A stretch of DNA of 63,977 nucleotides, filler included, from Octopus bimaculoides (lineage: Eukaryota): assembly GCF_001194135.2 (NCBI RefSeq). It is 5 parts of 4 records of this genome, joined end to end, with 100 filler letters (N's around TTAATTAATTAA, not from the genome) between each part and the next. Parts side by side here need not be neighbours in the genome. Positions count along the whole stretch, not along the records: positions 29,209 to 58,606 come from NC_068983.1; 4 more parts are not named here. One strand, written 5' to 3'. A model generated the notes under the pieces. That model made no database searches, was not told the DNA's origin, and saw only the letters and a program-made list of their open reading frames with translations. This document shows, in pieces, positions 38,437-51,995 of the stretch. The translations under genes and the position numbers were made by a program. Numbering within the stretch: the first letter of the stretch is position 1; the number at the start of each line of letters is the position of its first letter.

Positions 38437-40769
38437 NNNNNNNNNNNNNNNNNNNNNNNNNNNNNNNNNNNNNNNNNNNNNNNNNNNNNNNNNNNNNNNN
38501 NNNNNNNNNNNNNNNNNNNNNNNNNNNNNNNNNNNNNNNNNNNNNNNNNNNNNNNNNNNNNNNNNNNNNNNNNNNNNATATATATATATATATATATATA
38601 TATAATAGAAATAACTATACACAGAAAAATGCATACATATGTAATACGATGAGTGATTAATCCATATATAGATCGATACTGCAATCTCAATAATTCATAG
38701 TCTATAGGTAGAATTTATCAATAGCTAATTCGAAGACTTAGATCAATGATATTTTGGGAGGTGACTAACATGGAATTTCAGACTTTAAGATTATTACTTG
38801 AATATTCATTCATATGAAATTCGTCACTAAAATGATACCAAATTAAACACCTCGAAGCAATCCAAAAGTGATTAGGCAAAACAATTTTTTTTTATTTCAT
38901 CGTTTATTGTTTCAACTGAAACCATTAAATTTTGGGGATTCCATTATTCTCAATTAGCAATTCTAATTAGAGAATTCATTTCAGAATTTCTATGAGAGAA
39001 ATAAGATATTCTGTAATTTTCAATGCATTTTGTTTTTCCCAATATTTTTATAATAATAAATTGTTTGTCTCCAAAGGCACCTTTTCTCTTTCTTTATGCT
39101 AAAAATACATTTGATTTTTCTGTACGTAGTTAATATTTAAGATTTGTTTCTTTAAATTCAAAATGACTTCGTCGTTTTATGTTCAAACCGACTTTACCGG
39201 TAACTTGCTTCTAGCTTCATTCAAGACAGCTGAATACAAGTCCGGTACTTGCTCATTTGCATAGGCTTCAAAGGAAACAACCCGCGTTGTTATGATAAGC
39301 CCTGGTTAGAGCATCGTCCATAAGACGTGGATTTTATCACATTTAATCATGAATTCATGAAGACTCATGAAAAGTGCCATTAGTACAGACTAGCCTCTCC
39401 AAAGTTATAACAAGAATTTCTGATTTCAGTTTCCTTTCTCTTGGGTATGTTAAATGTCGCGGAATATAACTTGTTTAACCTCCAGCATTGAGCTGAAATC
39501 CCTCGCAAAGTTTTAACTTGTACTTCACTGGAAGTCATCATTTCATTCGCTTATTTACGTAGCAGCATATCAAGTGGAAAATAATTTCATAATTCACTGA
39601 AAAGAGAGAAGCGTTATGTAACAACACATTCCCAATTATTCTATTTTCGAATAATGACGTTATGTTTTGATTTCAAAATATGATTTTTGATACGGACATT
39701 TTGTCATACTGTCATACCGCCAATGTTGCTGATGAGCTTCTTGTTTCTCATCCGCTACGTTTAACCCTTATTTTCTCATTGAAGACAGAACGTAGCTGGT
39801 CGAAAATAGTTATCTAAAAACCATAGAATTATAACTCACTGAGAACTGAACACTTATGGCATGTTATCGGATAGGCCATTGTCTAGTACTCTTATAATCA
39901 AAAATGTCCAGTCTCTGACAATCTTGTTATTATATTAGACATTATATTATGTCTGGTAAGTCGAATTTTGAGGTTCATATCGAATTTTTATCACAGCCAT
40001 GACTATCCTGACACAATCGCACAGTACTGAAAAGAAAAGAAAAAAACATTGTTCAGCCGTTAGCACAATGAGGATGAGTTTTTGAGGTAGGAACTACACA
40101 ACAAATTTTAAATCCAAATGTGTTTTAATCACTCTTTAGTGAAGTTTCTAAAACATTTATTCCTGTCATGCGAAATAGCCTTAAGTATTATATTTTCCTC
40201 TTCTAAACACAGGAATTAAAGTTGAAACAAGATTTAATGCAAGGTAATCCGGTTAATGTCAGAATATCTTACGAAGAAATCATTTGAATATGTTCCAATT
40301 ACTAAATATCTTGTTGAAGGACTTCCTCCCAGTATTACACGATTGTTGTTGTTGTTTCACCACAATTCAACCATAAAAGAGTGGATTTATGCTTAATGCA
40401 TGTCAAGACACAATATCCCATTTTCCAATCCAATATATGTAAGGGAACTGTTGCCAAAAGCAATAAGAAATACCACACTATTTTTAAATGATTAGTAATA
40501 AGAAAAGGTCAAAATAAAAAGCATTTATCGTTTTCTTGCTATAGGCATTGGAATTTTGTCATCGTCGAGTAGTATTTATCCTTCCAGTATTGATAAAATA
40601 AATACCAGCTAACTATGGGGATAATTTATTTGACTAACCACTTCCCTACGAATGTGCAGTTTTGTAAATTAATAAAAGAATCTGCTTAATTTTAAACTTA
40701 ATTCAGACTATATTCATCCTTTAATTTTCTTTTTTTCTGGGGTTTTTTCCGCTAATATTGTGAAAGAAT

Positions 40770-41100
40770 TTGTAGCGAGACGAACAAATTACGCTGCGAT
40801 ATTTACGCAGGTCCCTTTTTGTTTCGAGTTCACGTTCTTACTTCCGGTGCCGATAAAATAACTACCAGAACTACCAGTCATATACAAGAAACGCTGCAAT
40901 CGATATATTTTTCTTTGACTCTTTTAAAGCAGAATCAGCAAGGTGCTCAACGTGGTAGAAATACAACCCAATACATCAAGTCACACTTTACGATTAATGA
41001 AAAAGTAGATGAAATCCTATCGGTTTAATTTAGTCCTTGATACGATGTTGCGAGAAAGACGGCATCGTCATGATTAAAATGTCTTCAATGCTATATCTGC
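40770..41100. promoter_or_regulatory. Candidate promoter (CpG-enriched patch with ETS site)
   Basis: Local CpG excess in unique sequence and ACTTCCGGTG at about 40850. No linked exon identified. Confidence 0.25.
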
Positions 41101-42204
41101 AATATCAAGATTGATCAGGGACGAATTTTAAACGTAGAGACTCCGAATTTTATATTGTATTAGAATATGATCAAAATGTATTATCTGTAAAGAAGGTTCA
41201 TGAAGAAACAAGCTAATATGAAGTTGATAGATACATTATAAGGAAAATAGATGGTGCCTTTTACTTTTGGTGTTGGTGAATAACATGCAATTTGCTTATA
41301 ATGTTTAAATAATGGGATAGTGATGTTATTGGCATATAAGAAACGGATAAGTAACAAATAGCGAACAAATAAATAAAGAATCATGTAAGCAGGTATATGG
41401 CTGTCGGCGCAAATGAAACTTGTTAAGAAATTCGGTTTATAGATTAATATTAATGTTCAAAATTTAAATTATCAATTGAATTGCTACGCAACAAGTCCTC
41501 CGTGCCGTCAGCATTTGATTCATTTTGATTCACTTTATGTTCTAGTTTCATTTAATTTCCTTTTCCACTCCTACATCCTACAATGTGCATCAAGCTACTT
41601 TCTATACACAGAAAGAAAGAGAGAAAGGAGAAGAGAAAGAAGGAGGATGTAGCATATATGTGTTATTAAGTAGTTTGCTTTGGAGTTACGGATTTTAGGT
41701 TCGGTTACATTACAGGGCTTCTTGGCAAGTATTTTCTACTATTCGTCTATAGTTTCGGGTCAACCAGTTTTTTGTTGGTTGATTTAGAAGGAGGAAATTA
41801 TATTCGGAATATAACAAACCAGTGTCTGCTCTAAAAGAAAGTATGGGGATATTTTCACCTACTCCAACAGACAGGTATGCAAAATCAAACGTTTTCCCAA
41901 AGAACCAGAGATATCCAGAAAGCTATATTAAACAGCCGCTTGAAAAGGCTTCAATTATGTTTGGTATTTTGTAGAGACTTGCCTGGTCAGACATGAACTT
42001 GAAACTCTACCAGACGTTGCATATATCTTGCTTCCATCGTCATATCCATGCTAAAATAATATATACTTAGTCCCTGTGTTGACTACGCATAAAGATATTC
42101 AGTGGCTTTACCAGAAGTCAGTGCTGTGTATCAGTTGCAATTCTTCAACACCAGATAATAACGTAGTTACAGCTGTTACAGGAAAAGTTGAAATTAACGT
42201 GCAA

Positions 42205-42650
42205 GTGGCTGAGCACTTGTATGGCTGTTTGGTAAGACGTTTGCTTTACAACTATGTTTCCATAGTCAGACCAACCCCGTGGGACCTTGCACACATGCCG
42301 TCGGCTATGACCACGGGACGGACACAAACTTTTAAGTGGATTGGGTTGATAGAAAATGAAAGAAGCCCGTTGTATATATATATGTGTGTGGTGTGTGTGA
42401 GTGTGTGCTTGTGTATGAGTGGGTGCCTGTGTGTGGGTGTGTGCCTGTGTGTGTTTGTCATCCATCACCGCTTCACAACTGACGTTGTTCTGTTTAAAGC
42501 CTTGTAATCTAGAAGTCCAGTAAAAGTGACTGAATTAAGAACCAGGATTTTAAAAGAGAGTACTCGCGTCAATTCCTTCGTTTAAAATGTTTTCATGGTA
42601 TGGCTCCAGTATGGCCGTAGTCTAATGACTGAAACACGTAAAAGATGATT
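42205..42650 (+). mobile_element. SINE family B, diverged copy
   Basis: Collinear with 19176-19574. Confidence 0.75.
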
Positions 42651-42761
42651 GATGTATAAATATACACAGATGCACATGTCAGACATATGTAGGTGTATAT
42701 ATGTATATATACATGCGTACACGCACACACACATACACACACACACACACACGCACATATA

Positions 42762-42823
<62 letters not shown>

Positions 42824-43236
42824 CTTTAAAATTTATCGCTACAGATCTCGAATACAATATGGAGCCCCTACTGCAAGTTGCGATGTTTAGCTAGTGAATA
42901 CGTCTGCATATACAATGAGACTGAAGATTAAAAAAATAGGCAAGTGGCGTATATGAATATTTCAAAAGATATCGCTCTCTCATTGGCACCACATCCAAAC
43001 CTTTGATAACTTGATAACTTTGATAACTTTGATAAGTTTCAGCCAGCATAGGCCCAGGCCATGTCTAACTTAATAGTTACATATATATATACCTATCTAA
43101 TTATATATAGTATAAGATCCAAGGAGCTCAGTGTAGGGAGCTTGTAAGCTTCATGTAGCTCGTGACAAGTAAAAAAAAAGGCTATAATTAATTGGCATCG
43201 AAAGTGGTAGGTGTGCCCCATATCGAAGTTCGATAA

Positions 43237-43427
43237 TGTTAAATCGCACGTGCGGATGACCTCTACTCAACTCTCACTTCCGGCGACTCGACTCTACCAA
43301 ACTCGACGTCTAGTCTACCGACAGCTTCGTCTCGCTCTTCCGCTCTCCACTCTACTCGACGCTTTTCGTCTAGCTATTTATATGTATGTGGCTAGCCTAT
43401 TTATCGCCTGGGAGCGTCCACATAACA
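43237..43427 (-). mobile_element. Solo LTR, 191 bp, TG...CA, 5-bp TSD
   Basis: GATAA at 43232-43236 and 43428-43432, TGTT...AACA termini, and TATAAATAG on minus. Confidence 0.75.
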
Positions 43428-43498
43428 GATAAACTGAAGACTTTTTCTTATAGGTCACACTTAGCAACTTAGGTTGCTATGAATGCGAATACAAATTC

Positions 43499-43837
43499 AA
43501 ATTGAGGGAGTAGAGCAGGTAACATTAGGCTGCATATGTTTCCTAGCTAGTCGATCCTCTGATGCAATAATAACAGAAAAAGGAGTACTCAGTTATCTAT
43601 TTATTAGGTCGAAGGTACCTTAATTATATGAAAGTTATATCGTCGTTAAGGAATCCCAAGTTAACTCGCCGAAGGTTAATTTGAAATGGTGTTCCTTAAC
43701 GACAATAAATCCTAAATATAACTCGGCCTCATGAGCATCTAGCTCAGTACTCTTTGTCTGGTAATTTTTACATCCGAGGATCTGCTAGCTAGAAAATATA
43801 TGCGGCCTGGGTTTTAACTGATCCAATCTCTCAATTT
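43499..43837. mobile_element. Old fold-back/MITE-like element
   Basis: Nested paired blocks along the whole length, e.g. aggctgcatatgtttcctagctag / ctagctagaaaatatatgcggcct and gtcgttaaggaa / ttccttaacgac. Confidence 0.65.
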
Positions 43838-44927
43838 AGATACATGTATATATATATATATATATTTGTGGGTATACGTACACATAAATGTATATACCTG
43901 TGTATTTATGCATGTAGCTTTGTATGTATGTATGTATATATGCATTTATGTATGTAGTCTAATTTATCTCTTCATCAACCCATTCATACTCCGTCCTTCT
44001 GGCACTCCCACCACTCTCGGCAAAATGCATGTAAAATCTACATAATTATCTGCAATAATTTCACATTTTCTTTTGCAGTTACAAATGAAGGAAAAAAGAA
44101 AAATAAATTTTCCTAACGATTTCAGTCTTAATTTTTTTAACAATTTATAGAAATAGTATTTTATAGTTTTAATATACTTTACATTAGCAGTCAGCTTTTG
44201 AGTAATACATATTTTTATGTTTTGCTGCTGTATTTTTTTTTTTTTCACAATGTCGTGCTGTGAATTTAAGAATCTTTTTCAATCATGTACATTTAGCTGT
44301 TATATTCCACTAGAGAATACGACGTTTTCATCATTATATAACATTTTCTGCCTAATATATAAATATATATATANNNNNNNNNNNNNNNNNNNNNNNNNNN
44401 NNNNNNNNNNNNNNNNNNNNNNNNNNNNNNNNNNNNNNNNNNNNNNNNNNNNNNNNNNNNNNNNNNNNNNNNNNNNNNNNNNNNNNNNNNNNNNNNNNNN
44501 NNNNNNNNNNNNNNNNNNNNNNNNNNNNNNNNNNNNNNNNNNNNNNNNNNNNNNNNNNNNNNNNNNNNNNNNNNNNNNNNNNNNNNNNNNNNNNNNNNNN
44601 NNNNNNNNNNNNNNNNNNNNNNNNNNNNNNNNNNNNNNNNNNNNNNNNNNNNNNNNNNNNNNNNNNNNNNNNNNNNNNNNNNNNNNNNNNNNNNNNNNNN
44701 NNNNNNNNNNNNNNNNNNNNNNNNNNNNNNNNNNNNNNNNNNNNNNNNNNNNNNNNNNNNNNNNNNNNNNNNNNNNNNNNNNNNNNNNNNNNNNNNNNNN
44801 NNNNNNNNNNNNNNNNNNNNNNNNNNNNNNNNNNNNNNNNNNNNNNNNNNNNNNNNNNNNNNCATATCTTTCCTTCTAATACTTCTATTTCTTTATATTA
44901 TTATTATAATTATTATCATTATTAATG

Positions 44928-45012
<85 letters not shown>

Positions 45013-45019
45013 CATCATC

Positions 45020-45430
45020 ATTGTGTGAGAGAGCAGTGAATGCCATCAAAGTGACACTGTGGTAAAATATACGAACCAGTATACCCATCATGACTACCCG
45101 TCTGATAAGGGTATACCAGACACATGCATCACAACCGTATGTGTGCGACATAATGATCTCATATAAACAGCGCATGGCCTTGCATGTGGGGGCCCAGTTA
45201 GAATTTTCCTCAGGTCGAGTAGCCCATCCCGCCCAAAAGGTCCCTGAAATAAGAGTTGTTTAATGATGTTGAACCCATGTTTTCAGGGATGAATTTTTCA
45301 AACCTCAAAGAATTATTCTCAACCCACTACTTCTGCTCGTGGACGCAGATGCTACTAAGAGACATACTCAACTGGTTAAGGTCAAACAACTGTCAAGTTA
45401 ATCTGTGGTATTGAGCAGAATATTTTATAC
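45020..45430 (-). mobile_element. Non-coding (AAT)n-tailed retroposon family D
   Basis: Homologous to 57615-57935, ends ...CTGCTCTCTCAC-(AAT)n, and has triplet repeats on both sides. Confidence 0.65.
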
Positions 45431-45918
45431 CAAGATTTTATTATTATTATTATTATTGTTGTTATTATCATCATCATCATTATCGATCATCATCACCATC
45501 ATCATCATCATCATCATCATCATCATTATTCCCAATGATTTTGTTTTTTCTTCATCTGATGATTTACAATTTTTTTTTTTTTACTGCTAACTTACGTTCT
45601 AATACCCTGACATTCGAGGGATTCTTTCTCTTTGTTTCTTTCAGACATTTTCCAACTTCTTGTATCTCACGCTGACTTTCCAAATAAATATGTGTTTCTG
45701 GGCTTTCCGGTTTTTCTCTGTGCATATGTGTATGTGCGTGTTGTTCCTTTCATTCTAAAAGTTATCCGTCTAACTATCCATAATTCTAAATTTTAATTTT
45801 TTACAGCCATAATTAAATTAGTACGCACTCATATTTGAGATTTAAATATTATTTAATGAAATAGGTAACATATATGCATACATACATACATACATACATA
45901 CATACATACATACATACA

Positions 45919-45950
<32 letters not shown>

Positions 45951-47271
45951 CAAACAAGCAACAAGCGGTTATTTAAAAAGTCGTTGCTCAGATGATCAAT
46001 AAAGCATGATTCTCTAAATACTTTCAACTTTACGAGAATGAAGGACAATATCTGTAGCTAAAGCGAAATCTATCGTGAACTAAGCTCCGAAAGCAGGATT
46101 AAGAAGCCAACTTGTTAATCACTCGACCATGCTTATTTCCATATACATGAGAGATTTAAAATGGTTTCCGTCTCCAATAAACAGTATGAAACATCTGTTA
46201 TATGACGCAGTCATACCTCAAGCCTAATTTGTATATTTATTCCTTTTGACTGTTAGCCAATAGGTAAGGAAAACCTGTTTATGTAAAATACAGCTTAAAC
46301 CAGTGAATAGAATTGAAACGTTATAAACTTTCATTGTAAGCAAGGTTATCCAGTCTCATGCTAGCCTAATTCATGACTACCTTATATGAGCGATGCTAGT
46401 GATTGGGAAAAGAAGTCGGGTATGCCGTCAACAAATCGTGAAACAGTTCACCAGAATATTCGCTCTCTCTTTTGTCTGTACATAATACAGTGGTTTTTAC
46501 ACGCCCATTAACTCCGCATAAGGATTTACAAAGTAACTGCGAGCTAAGTGGTGATTGTTCATATATGTATATGTATGTATATATATAGATATATATATAT
46601 ATATACATATATATATTTCGTTTTTAAACTTACTAAACTGATTTAAATTTTTAGTCCAATATTTATTAGATGTTATATATTACAAATTTTCCCCTGGATT
46701 TTTTACATTTTTAAACTAGTATTTTGTATAGTACGCCTTTCTTGATAGTGTCTGATCTCCATCATCATGTGAGTTACACAATGGTGGTTCTTCTCTAAAT
46801 TATTAAAATATTTTTCATTTTACAAGTTAATTTGATATTATTAAATTGTATTTCCTTGTAAGTTCGAATTTCGTAATTCCCTCACATTATAATATATATA
46901 TAGCAAATACAAGAGTGTATGTATATATATGAATATATCAACGAACAATGATTATGTCATGACAAATCTCGATTTTTTTGTGTATGAAGAGAATAAGATT
47001 ATTATTTACAACTATGCAAATGAGCTTTAAACTTTTATGTAATATAAAGGGTACGCATTAAGAAATCTCGGCTAAATAGATACATTTTATCTTACATTTT
47101 CTAATTATCAGTGAATGTGGGTGATTAAATTATTTCTTATAGTCATTGCATTGTCAGAAAAATGACAATATAAGAATTAATTTTGGGTAATATGCAATAT
47201 ATGTGTATGTATGTATGTTTGTATGTAAGTACAGATGTATGCATGTGTATATATGTACACATATATACATA

Positions 47272-47592
47272 TATCATCATAAATACAGGGATTAGCATTG
47301 AGTTGCTTCTCCAACATACTGAAAATTTAGAAATAGCAGTCAAAGAACTACTGATTCTAAACTACAAATTTTTCTCTAAACGGATGGCGATATTTATGGC
47401 ACACATAGAACAAAAGACTTGTTTTGTTTATGCTTTTCCCTCCGGTTATTTGTTCTATGTGTGCCATAAATATCGCCATCCGTTTAGAGAAAAATTTGTA
47501 GTTTAGAATCAGTAGTTCTTTTGACTGCTATTTCTAAATTTTCAGTATGTTGGAGAAGCAACTCAATGCTAATCCCTGTATTTATGATGATA
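47272..47592. repeat. Near-perfect long inverted repeat
   Basis: Arms 47272-47414 and 47449-47592 differ by one indel by eye; 34-nt spacer; TA at both outer ends. Confidence 0.9.
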
Positions 47593-47779
47593 AATGGTTT
47601 TACCGATAAAGGTTTTTTCATACTGAATTACTTGGCAAAATTGTTAATTATTAATTCTATTATTAATTGACGATTCCCTGCCCTTATTCTTGTATATTTT
47701 ATATATACATATATATGTATTTATAAATATATGATCTGTTTGGATTGCTAGTCTCCGACTCAACTACTCTCTGCGGTTT

Positions 47780-47910
47780 GTGCTGACACCCGTCTTGCTT
47801 CTTTCTTGCCCCCACTTTTCGCACAGTTTCCAATGGAGCATTTTCGCTACCTGGTCATGCCGCCACAATTTGTAGTAGTTCTGGGCAAGTTTAGGGCATT
47901 CCTTCGTGTA
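47780..47910 (-). mobile_element. R4/Dong-like LINE Zn-knuckle fragment
   Basis: ECPKLAQNYYKLWRHDQVAKMLHWKLCEKW, with (TAA)n on its 5' side. Confidence 0.75.
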
Positions 47911-47922
47911 TTATTATTAGTA

Positions 47923-47998
<76 letters not shown>

Positions 47999-48006
47999 GA
48001 TTATTG

Positions 48007-48079
<73 letters not shown>

Positions 48080-48865
48080 CTCATTCTACTTCATTCATCT
48101 TGTCATTTAGATTTACTTCGTGGTTATATTTAATGACATTTCCATAATAACATAAAGCGGCTCTTATGCAATTCGTGTCACACTGGCTAGCTGAACGTAA
48201 TATCTGATTGCTACATCCGGTTTTATGTTTACACACACCCCGACACACATATATATATACATGAACGCAATTCTTTTTCTTGTCTATTATTTTCTTAGTA
48301 GTTTACAAGTGCAACAGGTTCTGACAACATTTACGTATTGATCTAATGTGGACATTAATCCAGTTTTTTCAGGCGAGAACTAACCTGTTGTAAGCGACAA
48401 TTGATGTGCTTGTGTTTGCCGTTCAGCTTCTGCCATAATTACACTTTCACGTCTTTGTTGTCTAGTAATGGAAGAAAAAGGAAAAACTTGAGAACTCTGT
48501 CTTATTTGTCATGCAAAAATAATTGTAAAAGAAAGTGATGCATAATTTCATTGACATTTAAACAGCAATCAGACCAGGACCTGTGGGAACTTTTGAAGTG
48601 GCAGTATACAAGCAAGAGTCAACTAGATATAATTCAACAATCATATATATATATATATATATATAAGATCCTCTTGTATCATAATTAACGATCCATTTTA
48701 TGACTTCACCAGGTCACCTTGTGCTCCTAGAAACTATAGGTTACGATTATGTTCTACAAGTAAATAAGTGAAGGTGAGCTTTGGTATTATATATAGCTAT
48801 ATAGTATGTAAGGGCTACCAGCTAAATCTCCCCTTCTCTCTTTCTATATCTTTCGCTCTCTTTCC

Positions 48866-48896
<31 letters not shown>

Positions 48897-48902
48897 GTTC
48901 TC

Positions 48903-48944
<42 letters not shown>

Positions 48945-50079
48945 TCTTTCAATTGATAGTTTATGAATTCATAAAATGGATACATTGGAATATGTATTTT
49001 GAGATACGATGGCTATGATGGAACTATTTTCTTGTAGATCCGTTTATCTAGATGAGACAATAAAACAAACAAAAAGCTTTGTGAGATAGATGTATTACTA
49101 ACACTTTTGAATTAAAAAAAAGCACCTGTCGAAGTACAAACTAAATGCGGTGGGTTGTTTACTTACGTTACATAAGTTTAGATTGATCCTTTAGTTGCTT
49201 TGACCCTTAATGCATGTGAACATAGATTACTAGTAAAATGGTAGTATTGTAGTGATATTGATTGAGTCCCTTATCCACATTCTTATTGTTAGAGTTCTGT
49301 TTGCTGATATTGTTGAATCATGGCAAGGATTCTTTAAAGTATGTGTATTTTAGTAAAAGGTTCAGCTTCTAATAAAATATGCATATACGTATCCAGCTTA
49401 TGTTTTGAATATTCTTTTCCTTATTCATCAACACACAACACAGGTTGTACAAGAATGGTTCTGAGCATTTTTCAACTCTTTAATGCACAGTGAATTAAAT
49501 GAAAAATTAGGGGTATATTTCACATGGAAATTTTAAATATGAAACAATAAACCCACAATATATGTTCAGTATTCATATACCAAAATTACCAGGTAATTTA
49601 ATGTTGCCTAAACAATGCATTGACACTGAAGTTAAATCCAAAATTACTTTCAAAGTTGACATTGAGATGCAATGAATTTGGTATGATGTATCGGATACAA
49701 AACTAAATAGTAAAAGTATGAAGACGAAATCTGTAATTTACTAGAATTTCTTCATTCCATTCTTCGATAAATTTTGTATTTTTTACAAACACCTCAAAAC
49801 TAAAACCTTGTTTATAAAATGAGTATCTAAAGTATATATGGAGAAGAATAAATAACTTAAACTAAAATTTAATTATTAAAGATAACTTTTATAAAACAAC
49901 TAAGAAGGTTTAAAAAAATTTCGGAAACAAAGAACTACATTAAAATTTCAGATTATGAGCAATTGCTTTCAAAAATTCCATTTTTATTAAAATTCTGAAT
50001 CGAACGTTTCACATTTATTTTCTGAATCATAATATCATTTCTTTTTATTCTGAATCGTAAATTTTCTTCTTCATCTTGT

Positions 50080-50400
50080 ATTTATTTCTTAATTTTATAA
50101 AGTATCTCGCCATAGAATTTTTTCTCTCTTCGATTTCTCCTCTTCCTTTTCCTTTCTGCAATTTGTCACATGCAAACTAAATTACTCTTCGATTTTAACA
50201 TATCAATGAGGTTCCAAATATTTGGATGATTAGTTTTCGCCTGATTACTTTTAGTACGAGGAGTCCCGCCACACATTGATCGTTGGCGACATTCTAAACA
50301 TTTAATGGATATGGTAAAAGGGTTAAGGCGCCACCCTTTTCCACCACCTCTGTGAACTATGAGCCTCAATTATCTCTAGATCTGAAGCATTCTTGCACAA
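50080..50400 (-). mobile_element. Mutator-like (MULE) transposase remnant
   Basis: PFTIS...TPRTKSN...NHPNIWNLIDMLK resembles the MULE C-terminal 'PRTNN...HPNIW.FI..LK' motifs. Confidence 0.5.
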
Positions 50401-51819
50401 TTCTGAACATTTTTCTTTTACATGGAACATACTCAATATTGTATATTATCAGTCTACAGTGTGTACGTTAGATAGTACACACTTTGGCAAATAGTAGGCA
50501 AATAATATTAATATATTGAAATGCATATAGAGGGCATGTAACGTCTTAAAAATCGGTTATTGTTAATCTTCTAATAAAATTAATCAGACTGCTCTAAATA
50601 CGTTATAAATTTGACAACGGCGAATAATTACTAAAGAAATAGTGATGTAAAACATTAGTTCTACTTTCTAGATTGTTCTTGTTTTTGTTGTTGCTGCTGT
50701 TATTGATGGTGATGATGACGTCGACGACGACGACGACGACTACCACTACGACGCAATGAAGCTGATGGTGATGACGGTCACCATCATCAAAATCATGACT
50801 CTGGGGAAAGAAACCAAGAGCTGCAGTAGTAGCAGCAGTAGCAGCAGCAGCAGATAGCAGATAAGTTATCTCCAATTTCCGGTTGAAGTAAACACTTTGT
50901 TTCATTTACAAACAACACAGACATATCTAACTGAAAGCAACAGTAACTACCTCTACCAACATGGCAGCTCTTCCATATCTGTAGCTAACTGGTTATCGAA
51001 ATGGTGGCCATGGTGATAGTGGTGTTGTTAGTAATGGTATATTGGTTGTGTTAATGGTGGTGGTGTTTCTGTCGGTGAAGGTGGCATTAGTGGTGATATT
51101 GTAGGTAACTAGTGGTTATAGTGATAACCGTAATGTAGTAGGCAACTTGAGCTTGTGAATGTGGTCATGGTGGTTGTACTGCTGCTGGCGGTAGCAGTGT
51201 TCATGCTGGCAACAGTGGTGGCGGTAACAGTAATGTTGATGCTAATGCCGTGAGATATCGTGATGTTGTTCTTTCTTTAATGTTATTGCGTAGCATCATG
51301 ACAAACTTCATAGGTTAAACTTATGCCCTTATGCATTCTAACCATAAACATTCCGATTTTTATTCGGACCTAGTATATCAACTAATATTTCCTTCTTTAT
51401 TTCAATTAGCAGCTTATCAATTGAGAGTTATGTGACTGTTGAGCACGATAATTAATTTGTCATAGTAGGTATCATAGAAATACTTAGATAGTCAAGTTGT
51501 GACATCAGCTGGGAGTGCTCATGCCTTCATGTTGTTACTCTATTGCTTAACCCAACCTTAACCGTGAGAGGTAAGCTTTTTTGATCAACAGGCTTTCACT
51601 CATGAGCATTCTGTATTATTATTACACAGTGCATCTGTGTTCACATTGTCAAAATGGTTTTCTCAGAGAGTATCCCAAGATTTGATGGCATCGGGTTAGC
51701 ATTGTTGTTGTAGTTTACTCCCAGTTATGATCGAGTTGAATTCTAACCAAAATTTTTCCCAATTGTAACCATTCCATCATTACACATATGAAGTTAGGGG
51801 TAAGGCGGCGACTGATCAG

Positions 51820-51995
51820 TATAGTTAGCACGCCGGAAAAATTGCTTAGCACCATATACATTCTGAGTTCAATTCCCGCCGAGGCCATCTTTGCATTTCA
51901 TCCTTTCGGGATCGATAAAATAAGTGCCATTTACCCACTAGAGTCGATGTAATCGAATTTGCCACTTCCTCTAAATTTGTATAGCAGAAAAGATT
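51820..51995 (+). mobile_element. SINE family A
   Basis: AAGGCGGCGA head, GAGTTCAATTCC B-box, family body. Confidence 0.75.

Noticed and set aside
48385-48436. Possible first coding exon on minus (MAEAERQTQAHQLSLTT, donor CAG|gttagt)
   Set aside because: Short, no recognisable homology and no partner exons; could arise by chance.
50603-51300. Ala/Thr/Val-rich ORFs (also 53900-54700, 63597-63782)
   Set aside because: Degenerate trinucleotide repeats without splice or homology support.
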